Shown here in pieces: positions 47,211 to 54,964 of a stretch of 64,000 nucleotides of DNA. A program made the position numbers and the translations under genes. The stretch lies in NCBI GenBank assembly GCA_019244185.1, contig JAFATB010000006.1, forward strand, positions 1-64,000, given 5' to 3'. Position 1 is the stretch's first letter. Every line of letters starts with the position of its first letter. Source of the DNA: Acidobacteriota bacterium (GTDB lineage: Bacteria > Acidobacteriota > Thermoanaerobaculia > Gp7-AA8). The notes under the pieces were generated by a model. It saw nothing but the letters and a program-made list of their open reading frames with translations, did not search any database and was not told the origin of the DNA.

Positions 47211-48095
47211 TCAGCGGATGGTGGCGTTCACGTCGAGCGACGCCGCGACGCTCGAATCCTTCTTCAGCGTGATCTTGAGGGCTTCGTGAAAGGCGCCGGG
47301 CTTCGCGCGCGCGCCGTCGATGGTGATGGTCACGGACTGCTTGCCGTTCGGCGGCACGAGGTCGTTGTATTTATAAAAAAGACAGCGGCACGACGAGCGT
47401 GACAGCGCGATCGTCGCCGGAGCATCGCCGTGGTTCGTGACGACGAACTGCCGCGCGGTGCGCGTGCCTTTGCGCACGATGCCGTAGTCCTGCGATGCCG
47501 GCGTCACGGTGAGCACGTCGGGCGGCGAATTCGGCGTGGCGATCGTGTCGTCGACGGCGCTCGTGCCGCTGGAATCGCTCGCCGTCACCGACGTCGACGT
47601 CCGTTCCGCAACCGGCTGCTCGACGATCGTCGCGGGCGTCGTTTTCTTCTCCGAGCTCGCCCGCCAGATCAGCCAGCCGATGAGCGCGAGCACGACCACC
47701 GCCGCGATGAGGATGCCGACGACGCGCGTCGCCGAACCGCCCGTGTCCGGCGGCGGATCGTAGACGCCGACGCTGCCGGCGGGCGGCTCGGATTCGGGAG
47801 ACGTGGCAAGCGGGCGGAGGCCGGGCTCGGTCTTGAAGCGCGGCTGAGGATTCGCCGGTGGCGCGGCAACAGGCGCCGCCGCGGCGGTCCCGCCTTCGAG
47901 CTCGTCGAGCTTCACGAGCGCCGCGTCGAGGTCGCGGATGAGGCGCTGATATTCGGTGGCGAGATGCTCGGTGGGCGCGTCGGCGGTCATGTTGACCAGC
48001 GCCTCGCGATGGCGGCGGTAACGCTGCCGCAGCAGCTCGAGCTCGCGCGCGCGTTCGCCGCGAGTCGCATTGACGGTGCCGAAATCGTCCGACAT
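47211..48095 (-). CDS. Single-pass membrane protein with C-terminal DUF1573-like Ig domain
   Basis: One TM; DYG.V..G....QF.VTN.G..P.....SSCRC...VPPNG. Confidence 0.7.
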   Translation of the reverse strand: MSDDFGTVNATRGERARELELLRQRYRRHREALVNMTADAPTEHLATEYQRLIRDLDAALVKLDELEGGTAAAAPVAAPPANPQPRFKTEPGLRPLATSPESEPPAGSVGVYDPPPDTGGSATRVVGILIAAVVVLALIGWLIWRASSEKKTTPATIVEQPVAERTSTSVTASDSSGTSAVDDTIATPNSPPDVLTVTPASQDYGIVRKGTRTARQFVVTNHGDAPATIALSRSSCRCLFYKYNDLVPPNGKQSVTITIDGARAKPGAFHEALKITLKKDSSVAASLDVNATIR

Positions 48096-48727
48096 CAGCG
48101 TTGATCTTTACAAAAAACCAGCTCGGACACCAGACAACAAACCGACGCGATGCCCAGGCCCGCGGTCCAGCCGGCCACGACGTCGGACGCCCAGTGACGA
48201 TCGCGCACCAGCCGATTGATCCCCGCGCCGACCGGAATCACGACGATTCCCGCCAGCGCCGCAGGCGTCAGCAGCTTCTCGCGCACGAGCACGTACGCCG
48301 GCACGAGCAGCTCCGCCGTCGCCGCCATCGCGTGGTCGCTCGGGAACGACGGCTTCGGCCTGCCGTCCTTCGACGTCGGCGCGTACTGCAGCGGCAGCAT
48401 GCGCTCGCACGTCATGCCCGCGGCCTTCACCAGCGCCGGTCCGAGCACGACCGGCAGCCAGGCGCGCGCGCCGCGCCGACACGTCCCGAGCGCGACGAGA
48501 CCGTTCATCGTGAGAAGGAACTCCGTCGCGCTGATGGCTTTGAAGAAGAGCGCGACCGGCGATTCCGGATCGGGATCGCGCGCGAGCACTTCCTCGCGCA
48601 CTTCCTGATCCGTCTCCGCCAGTTCGCGGTTGGCGACCGCGCGGAACATGCGCGCGAGCAGCGCCGACGCACCGAGGGCGGTGAGCGAAAAGAGAGCGAT
48701 ACGCGCGGCAGACTTGCGGCGATCCAT
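48095..48727 (-). CDS. PAP2-family phosphatase-like membrane protein
   Basis: SFPSDH and R...RHWASDV.AG motifs; motif 1 (KxxxxxxRP) is degenerate. Confidence 0.75.
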   Translation of the reverse strand: MDRRKSAARIALFSLTALGASALLARMFRAVANRELAETDQEVREEVLARDPDPESPVALFFKAISATEFLLTMNGLVALGTCRRGARAWLPVVLGPALVKAAGMTCERMLPLQYAPTSKDGRPKPSFPSDHAMAATAELLVPAYVLVREKLLTPAALAGIVVIPVGAGINRLVRDRHWASDVVAGWTAGLGIASVCCLVSELVFCKDQR

Positions 48728-48893
48728 CGCTCGTCCTCCGAGCAAGCGCAATGCCGCAAACCCACCAGAAACCGCACAAGGCGTGCTACACTGCCGTCAG
48801 TCCATCAGACCATTATTGTTTCCATGTTTAGAGACCGCCGGCGGGAGCTCCAGTTCCGCGTGCGCCGTCGTACGCCGGCAAGGGAGACCAATC

Positions 48894-49718
48894 GTGACCA
48901 CGCCTCAATCGCGCATCGCCGACCACGTCCACTCCGCCCTCGACGTCGTCCCGCAAACCCCGATCATCGAGCCGCTGCGCCGCGCCTTCGCCGCGCATGA
49001 AGGCGCGCTGGCCGACATCGAGAACGCGTTCCGCACCTTCACGTCGGCCGCCCCGACTCCCGAGCGCGCACGCTACTTCTTCCACAGCTGGAGCCTCACC
49101 AACCACAGCGCGATGTGCGTCTCCGGCATCGGCAACCGCATCACGCTGCGCCTCCTCGACGAGCGCAACGGCATCGACAAGCCGCGCCTCACCTCCGCCC
49201 TCCTCGCCCTTCACCGCATCTCCGACGAGGACCTCGGCGCCCTCGGCGGCACGCTGCACGCCGATCTGTTCTACGAGATGGCCGACCTCTTCTGCGACGG
49301 CGACGCGTGGATGCGCCGCGGCTTCGCACTCGACAGCGCCCGCGCGTTCAAAGACTACAAGAACCGCACGGGCCTGCGCATGCCGGACCTGATGTTCGGA
49401 CTGCTCTCGACCGTCGCGCACGAGGTCTACACGCACGGCGAAGTGGAGTTCATCCTGCCGCTCTTCCGCGGCCTCGTGCAGCAACACTTCGACATCGATG
49501 AGAAACAGCAGCGCCGCCGCCTAGCCTGGATCAGCGTCCACTGCGGCCCGACCGAGCGCGAGCACTTCCGCCACGCGGTCGAAGCGATCGATCATTACTG
49601 CGCCGCCACGCACACGGACCTCGGCGCCTACGAGCTCGAACAGCTCTTCGGCGAGTACATCGAGAACAAGGCCGCCGTGATGCGCGATCTCTCGCGGCTG
49701 ATGACGACGCTCAACTAG
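48894..49718 (+). CDS. Heme-oxygenase-like diiron oxidase (HDO superfamily)-like protein
   Basis: All-helical pattern with DEDLG.....HADLF, HEVYTH and VHCGPTEREH candidate metal ligands; gggag RBS before a GTG start. Confidence 0.65.
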   Translation: MTTPQSRIADHVHSALDVVPQTPIIEPLRRAFAAHEGALADIENAFRTFTSAAPTPERARYFFHSWSLTNHSAMCVSGIGNRITLRLLDERNGIDKPRLTSALLALHRISDEDLGALGGTLHADLFYEMADLFCDGDAWMRRGFALDSARAFKDYKNRTGLRMPDLMFGLLSTVAHEVYTHGEVEFILPLFRGLVQQHFDIDEKQQRRRLAWISVHCGPTEREHFRHAVEAIDHYCAATHTDLGAYELEQLFGEYIENKAAVMRDLSRLMTTLN

Positions 49719-49726
49719 CCGCCCGC

Positions 49727-50950
49727 ATGCGTCACCTGCGCGAGCTCGGCACGACGGCGGACGCGTTCCGCGCGCATCGCACGGAGTTCCTCGCCGCGAT
49801 GGCGCGCGCCGCCGGCCGCGCCGTCCCGTGGGGCGATGAGCTGTTCAATCCGTATCCGTTCGCGCTCGACGAGCCGTACGTCGAGCGCCTGATGCGCTTC
49901 GGCCGCGCGGTGCACGCGGGCATCCACGCCGTCGTGCAGAACTTCGCGCGCGACGAGCGCATCCGCGCGCGCTACGCGCTCGACCCGCGCCTCTTGCCGA
50001 TCCTCGAGCGCGCCGCACACGAGCCGTACACGATCGGGATGTTCCGCCCCGATTTCGTGCTCGACGAGGACGGCGACTTCCGCGTCTGCGAGATCAACGC
50101 GCGCTTCTCCGCGAACGGCTACGCGATCAACGACATCATCGACGGCACGCTCGCCGCGCTCACCTATCTTCCGCCGAACGTGCACCGCGTCCCCGGGATG
50201 TCGACGATCCGCGAAACGATGACGCGCGCCTTCCGCGACGAACGCCCCGTCGCGATCGTCCTCCGCAGCGAAAGCGGTAGCGAGATTCACCTCCTGCTCT
50301 CGGAACTCGACACGTACACGATCGCACCCGCGGACCTCGCGCACGACACGCGCAATCCGCACTACGTCCTCGAGCTCGATCGCCTCGAACTGCTCGACCT
50401 CGCGCCGCATGTGCTCGAGCGCATCATCCGCACCGGCTCCCGCAACGACGTGCGCACGCTGATCCTCGTCCACGACAAACGCCTGCTCTCGATCCTCTCC
50501 GATCCCGCGATCATGCGCGATCACGTCGACGCCGATGACTGCGCGCTCCTCGCCCGACACATCATCCCCACCCGCCCCGCCTCCGATCCCGAAGCCCGCG
50601 CCGCCGCACTCGACACGCCCGAGCACTGGGTTCTCAAACCCAGCAGCGGCGGCCGCGGCGTCGATGTCTGGATCGGCTCCGAAACGCCGCGCTCTCAATG
50701 GGAGTCGCGCCTCCACACGCACGATCACACCGACACGCTGCAACGCTTCATCCCCCAACGCCGCTTCACGATCCGCCACCTCGACGGCGACACGCTCCGC
50801 GACAGCGAGATGCACGTGGTCGGCCTCCTCCCCTGTTTCGAAGACCACGTGTTCGGCCCCGGCATCTTCCGCGCCGGCACCGGCAGCGTGATCAACGTCC
50901 ACCAACAACGCGGCGAGGTGCTGCCGTGTGTTGTGGATACCAAGGGCTGA
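49727..50950 (+). CDS. ATP-grasp ligase (glutathione/glutathionylspermidine synthetase-like fold)
   Basis: FRPDF, VCEINAR, HDKR, WVLKP.SGGRG and LQRFI motifs. Confidence 0.8.
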   Translation: MRHLRELGTTADAFRAHRTEFLAAMARAAGRAVPWGDELFNPYPFALDEPYVERLMRFGRAVHAGIHAVVQNFARDERIRARYALDPRLLPILERAAHEPYTIGMFRPDFVLDEDGDFRVCEINARFSANGYAINDIIDGTLAALTYLPPNVHRVPGMSTIRETMTRAFRDERPVAIVLRSESGSEIHLLLSELDTYTIAPADLAHDTRNPHYVLELDRLELLDLAPHVLERIIRTGSRNDVRTLILVHDKRLLSILSDPAIMRDHVDADDCALLARHIIPTRPASDPEARAAALDTPEHWVLKPSSGGRGVDVWIGSETPRSQWESRLHTHDHTDTLQRFIPQRRFTIRHLDGDTLRDSEMHVVGLLPCFEDHVFGPGIFRAGTGSVINVHQQRGEVLPCVVDTKG

Positions 50951-51125
50951 CGAGAGGCCTCCGGCGGGCCGGCACGGCCGGCAGCGCTAAGGGCCTAGCC
51001 TAGACGCACGTGCGGTCGCGGTTAACGTTGTTGACGGCAGCCGCACGTGAGTACTGGCTAAGCCCTTAGCGCTGCCGGCCGCGCCGGCCCGCCTGAGGCC
51101 CTTCGTCAGCCCCTGGTATCCACAA
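50931..51125. repeat. 195-bp palindromic MITE/REPIN-like element, copy 1
   Basis: Terminal 23-mers ttgtggataccaagggctgacga / tcgtcagcccctggtatccacaa are complementary with 1 mismatch; pairing continues inward. Confidence 0.88.
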
Positions 51126-52284
51126 TCCGGCGAATCTTGCGCGACGTCGGCGAACGTTCGAGGTCTTCGCTGCGCATGGGGCGGATGTGAAGGAGGAAGT
51201 CGGCGCCGGTGGCGCCGAGGAGCTCGTGGACGCGCGATTCGAGCGCCTGCTGGCGGGTGGCGTCCCAGTTCGCTGGAGGCACGACGCGGATTTCGAGGCG
51301 GTCGCGGAGCGACTCCGCGTCGGACGAGAGGTGCAGCTGATAGTCCGTCATCTCCTCGAACACTGGGGCGACGGCGGGGAGGTTGAAGTAACTGCCGTCG
51401 AGCGTGAACGAATTCGACTCGCGTCCGACGAACTGGAACGTCGCGCGCGTTTCGGATTTTGCGATCCAGCGCACGCGGTCGCCCATGCGGTAGCGGAGCA
51501 CGGGGATGCGGCGGCGGATGAGATTCGTCACCACCATGTCGCCCACGCCGTCGGCGTCAGGATTGAGGATCTCGATGTGCAGCATGCGCGGGTCGTAGTG
51601 GAAGACGTCGGGCGCGTCGTTCGCGCCGCGGTACGCCCACACGCCAGTTTCCGCGGAGCCGTATGCGGAGACGAAGACGTCGGTTTGGAAGGCTTCCGTG
51701 AAGAGCTTGCGCTGCGCGGGGCGGACCGCTTCGCCGGCGGCGAGGATGCGTTTGAGCGGCAAACGCTGGTTCGTGTCGACGAGATGGCGCGCGAGCTGCG
51801 CGAGGCGCCCCGGCTCGCCCATGATCATGTCCGCGTGGAACGCGCGCGCGACCTCGACGGCGACCGCGTCGGTGGCGGTCGATTCCAGCGGCAATGACGT
51901 CGCGCCGATCTGCTCGCAGTAGTCGGTGAAGATCTCCATCGAGCGATACATCATGCGGCCCGCGAACAGATTGAGCGCGATCGCATCCGGCGGAATCACG
52001 CCCGCTTCCGCGAGCATCGGCGCGAAGCGTCTGCGCTGCTCGTGGTTGTCTTCCGTGTCGACGGGGAAGCAGAGATACGACCGCGTGCCGCTGCCGCCCG
52101 AGGGGCTCAGATAGAGGCCGTGCAGGTTCGCGGGATTCGTGTAGAAGGTCTGCAGCGCCGCGTCGAGCGTCTGCTTGTCAAGGAGCGGAACGTCTTCGAA
52201 CTTCGTCGCGGAGAGGTCACGTCCGGCGTACAGCGGATGCACGCGTGCCAGGGAAAGGATTTGTTCGGGGGTCACGCCTTCCAT
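51106..52284 (-). CDS. PaaK/phenylacetate-CoA-ligase-like adenylate-forming enzyme
   Basis: SPSGGSG P-loop, AGE, YGSAETG, TNL.R...P.LRYRMGD and GR motifs, with C-terminal SRK. Confidence 0.85.
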   Translation of the reverse strand: MEGVTPEQILSLARVHPLYAGRDLSATKFEDVPLLDKQTLDAALQTFYTNPANLHGLYLSPSGGSGTRSYLCFPVDTEDNHEQRRRFAPMLAEAGVIPPDAIALNLFAGRMMYRSMEIFTDYCEQIGATSLPLESTATDAVAVEVARAFHADMIMGEPGRLAQLARHLVDTNQRLPLKRILAAGEAVRPAQRKLFTEAFQTDVFVSAYGSAETGVWAYRGANDAPDVFHYDPRMLHIEILNPDADGVGDMVVTNLIRRRIPVLRYRMGDRVRWIAKSETRATFQFVGRESNSFTLDGSYFNLPAVAPVFEEMTDYQLHLSSDAESLRDRLEIRVVPPANWDATRQQALESRVHELLGATGADFLLHIRPMRSEDLERSPTSRKIRRIVDTRG

Positions 52285-52296
52285 AATGCCACATAA

Positions 52297-53319
52297 CTAT
52301 CGTTGCGCGGCGCGTTTCAGGCCTGAATCCACGATTTCCTGAATCAATTCCGGATACGTTTTTCCCGATTTTTTCGCCGCCGACGCGAACTCCTCGGATC
52401 TCGCGATGTCGGGATTCGGATTCGCCTCGAGGAAGTAGAGCTGCTCGTCCTTGCCGAGGCGATAGTCGATGCGGCTGAAGCCGTCGAGATCGAGGATGCG
52501 CGCGATGGCTTTCGTGTTGTCGATGACGTGCGCGCGCAACGCGTCGGAGAGCTCCGCCGGCACCTGATAGATGCTGTGCTTTCGCTGATACGCGCGGTTG
52601 TGTTTCGCGTTCGCGGTGGCAATGCCGTACGCGCCGCGCGGCAGCTCGCGGAACTGCAGCTCCCACACGGGCAAGACTTCCACGCGCTGATTGCCGAGGA
52701 TGCCGACGTTCAGCTCGCGGCCATCGATGAACTCCTCCGCGATTGCATCGGAGCCATTGCGGCGGTGGATGAACGCCACGCGCTCGCGGAGCTGCGCGTC
52801 GGTGTCGACGACGGACTTTTGCGAGATGCCGAGCGAGGCTTCCTGCACGAGGCTCTTCACGATCAGCGGAAACGGGAGCTCGCGCGGACGGACGACGCGT
52901 TGGTTGCGAGGAAAGACGGCGAAGCGCGGCACGCGGATGCCGTGATACGCGAGGAGCTTCTTCGACATCGCCTTGTCGCGCGCGAGCATGAGACCGCGCG
53001 GACGGCAGCCGGTGTACGGCATCTGCATCAGCTCGAGGTACGCGACGACGTTCCAATCGAGCTCCTGCCGTCCGAGAAACTCTTCCAGCAGGTTCCAGAC
53101 GATGTGCGGGTGCCAGTCGTCGATGAGCGCACGGAGCGGATCGAGTGAGTCGGAGACCGCGACCACGCGCGTCTCGTGGCCGAGCTCGCGCAGCGTCGAC
53201 ACGACGTCGTATTCGGTCTTGCAGTCGTACCACTGTTGTTCGCTGAGACCGTCGAGCGAGTCGGGCGGCACGAGCGACGGGTGCACGAGGACGGCGACGC
53301 GCAGCTTCTTCCGCGTCAT
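52297..53319 (-). CDS. D-Ala-D-Ala ligase-like ATP-grasp protein
   Basis: PYTG, DKA.SK, FPLIVK, ASLGI, EEFIDGRE, RIDYR and LEANPNP motifs. Confidence 0.88.
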   Translation of the reverse strand: MTRKKLRVAVLVHPSLVPPDSLDGLSEQQWYDCKTEYDVVSTLRELGHETRVVAVSDSLDPLRALIDDWHPHIVWNLLEEFLGRQELDWNVVAYLELMQMPYTGCRPRGLMLARDKAMSKKLLAYHGIRVPRFAVFPRNQRVVRPRELPFPLIVKSLVQEASLGISQKSVVDTDAQLRERVAFIHRRNGSDAIAEEFIDGRELNVGILGNQRVEVLPVWELQFRELPRGAYGIATANAKHNRAYQRKHSIYQVPAELSDALRAHVIDNTKAIARILDLDGFSRIDYRLGKDEQLYFLEANPNPDIARSEEFASAAKKSGKTYPELIQEIVDSGLKRAAQR

Positions 53320-54341
53320 AGCGCGAACGTGTTGCGCCGGCGGTAGTGCACGTCCATGGTCGTGACGGTGAGCAGGATCGCGAACTCCATCTTCAGGCGG
53401 CTTTCCGGGCCGGCCGCGCGCAGTTTCAATTCGCGGCTTCGGCCGATGAGATCGTGAAAGACCTGCTCGCGAGTGTACTGAAACTCCCCCGTGAAGTTCG
53501 ACACGAGCCCGCGGATCTCCGCGCGGTTGCGGCGCAGAAAACGGGACGCGAGCTCGTGCTGCCGGTCGCGCGGATCGTCGGAGAAGAGTCGTTTGAGGTC
53601 GCCGTCCCACGTCGTCGGGAAGCTGACGTCGTACTGGCTCTGCTTCTTCTCGTAGTACTCACGCAGCGTCATGTCGAGCGTGCCGATCGCCTCGGTCTGC
53701 ACCTTCTTGCGGCGGCGCGGCTTCCGATCGCGCAGCTCGCGGAGCAGCGCGTCGACGAACTCGAGCTTCTCGAGCGCGGGCCAGTCGAAGTACTGCTTCT
53801 GCCACGTCGCCCGTCGCGCGCCGAGGACGACCGCGAACGTTTCCGCGAAATCCTCGTGCGGATGCGCCTGTGCGTAGTAGAGCCGCAGGTGCTGCACGAA
53901 GCGCCGGCTCGCGGGATTGGGGCGGTACTGCTTCGGATACCGCGTGGTCCATTTGCCGAAGAGCGCGCGGACGCGTGCGTCGCGCCCGAGGACGAAGGCG
54001 TTGTCGAGCACGTGCCCCGACTCGTGGCGCAGGATCTTCATCAGTTCGACCTTCGTCCCGCCTTCGACATCGCGCATCTTTTTGCGCTCGAGCTGCATGA
54101 GCCGCGGATGCGCGAGATAGAACGGGATGGCGATGCCGGTCGCGCCGCGCGGGACGAACCATTGCGTCGAGAGCCACGCGTACGGCCGAATGGCGAGATG
54201 CCGCCGCGCCAGCTCGCGATGCAGTTTCTCGATCGCGGGCTCGAGCCACGTGCCTTCGATGCGCAGTCCGAGCTCGCGCAGCCGCACGTCGAGCAGTTCC
54301 TCCTCGCCGAGGGTCTCCCACGCAAAGCGAGGCGCCTCCAT
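53316..54341 (-). CDS. Putative zinc-binding metallopeptidase
   Basis: RHESGH (HExxH) and YAQAHPHEDFAETF; stop overlaps the start of the Ddl-like gene. Confidence 0.85.
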   Translation of the reverse strand: MEAPRFAWETLGEEELLDVRLRELGLRIEGTWLEPAIEKLHRELARRHLAIRPYAWLSTQWFVPRGATGIAIPFYLAHPRLMQLERKKMRDVEGGTKVELMKILRHESGHVLDNAFVLGRDARVRALFGKWTTRYPKQYRPNPASRRFVQHLRLYYAQAHPHEDFAETFAVVLGARRATWQKQYFDWPALEKLEFVDALLRELRDRKPRRRKKVQTEAIGTLDMTLREYYEKKQSQYDVSFPTTWDGDLKRLFSDDPRDRQHELASRFLRRNRAEIRGLVSNFTGEFQYTREQVFHDLIGRSRELKLRAAGPESRLKMEFAILLTVTTMDVHYRRRNTFAL

Positions 54342-54370
54342 CCAGCCCGAACAGTTCCAAACCCTTGCCA

Positions 54371-54502
54371 GCCGGCCCGGCCGGCTGCGCTAAGGGCCGA
54401 GCCTATTCGCACGTGCGGCTGCACTGAACGTCATTGAGTGCAGCCGCACGTGCGGATAGGCTATGCCCTAAGCGCCGGCGGCCGCGCCGCCCCGCCGGAG
54501 GC
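54371..54502. repeat. Palindromic element copy 2 (core lacking the outer arms)
   Basis: gccggc.cggccggc.gcgctaagggcc.agccta..cgcacgtgcgg...gcagccgcacgtg...ggcta.gccct.agcgc aligns with ~50968-51099. Confidence 0.85.
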
Positions 54503-54943
54503 GCTCGCGGTCAGGCTCTTGAACGTAAACGCGAACTCCGTCGCCCCATGCGCCTCGAGATGCGCGAGCCGCTCCTTCGCTTCATCGATGCTCGGGATGT
54601 GACCCGCGGGAACCCACCAGAGCGCGACGGACGCGCCGGCGAACTGGTCGAACCATGAGCGGCGGTCGCGGAGCAGTTCCGCATGGGCGGTGCGGTAGAC
54701 GTACTGCTTCAGCGACTCGATGTCCTTCCATACCGACAGATTGAAGAGGATGCGCTCGTCGTCGTAAGGGCGGAGATACGTCGCATTCCCCTCGCCGGTC
54801 TGGAGGCGCCAGACGAAGCCGGGGCTGCCGTCGGCGAGCGCGTTGATCTCCTCGAGACGCGCGACGAAGCCGGCCATCACCGGCGAGTCGAGCGGCTCCT
54901 TCATGCGCGCGATGTTCACCTGGGCAATGTGCAGCTCGCTCAT
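54461..54943 (-). CDS. DUF3291 domain protein
   Basis: HIAQVNIA, SPGFVWRL, NLSVW, LWWVP.GH.P and AFTF motifs. Confidence 0.9.
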   Translation of the reverse strand: MSELHIAQVNIARMKEPLDSPVMAGFVARLEEINALADGSPGFVWRLQTGEGNATYLRPYDDERILFNLSVWKDIESLKQYVYRTAHAELLRDRRSWFDQFAGASVALWWVPAGHIPSIDEAKERLAHLEAHGATEFAFTFKSLTASASGGAARPPALRA

Positions 54944-54964
54944 GAATGTATCGTAGCCGCCCAG

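Noticed and set aside
48780-48893. Riboswitch or precursor peptide upstream of the HDO-like gene
   Set aside because: No recognisable aptamer; the only ATG frame is an Arg-rich shadow running into the gene.
50931-54502. Hairpins as integron attC sites
   Set aside because: No RYYYAAC/GTTRRRY terminal cores, the genes at copy 1 are convergent, and there is no integrase in the window.
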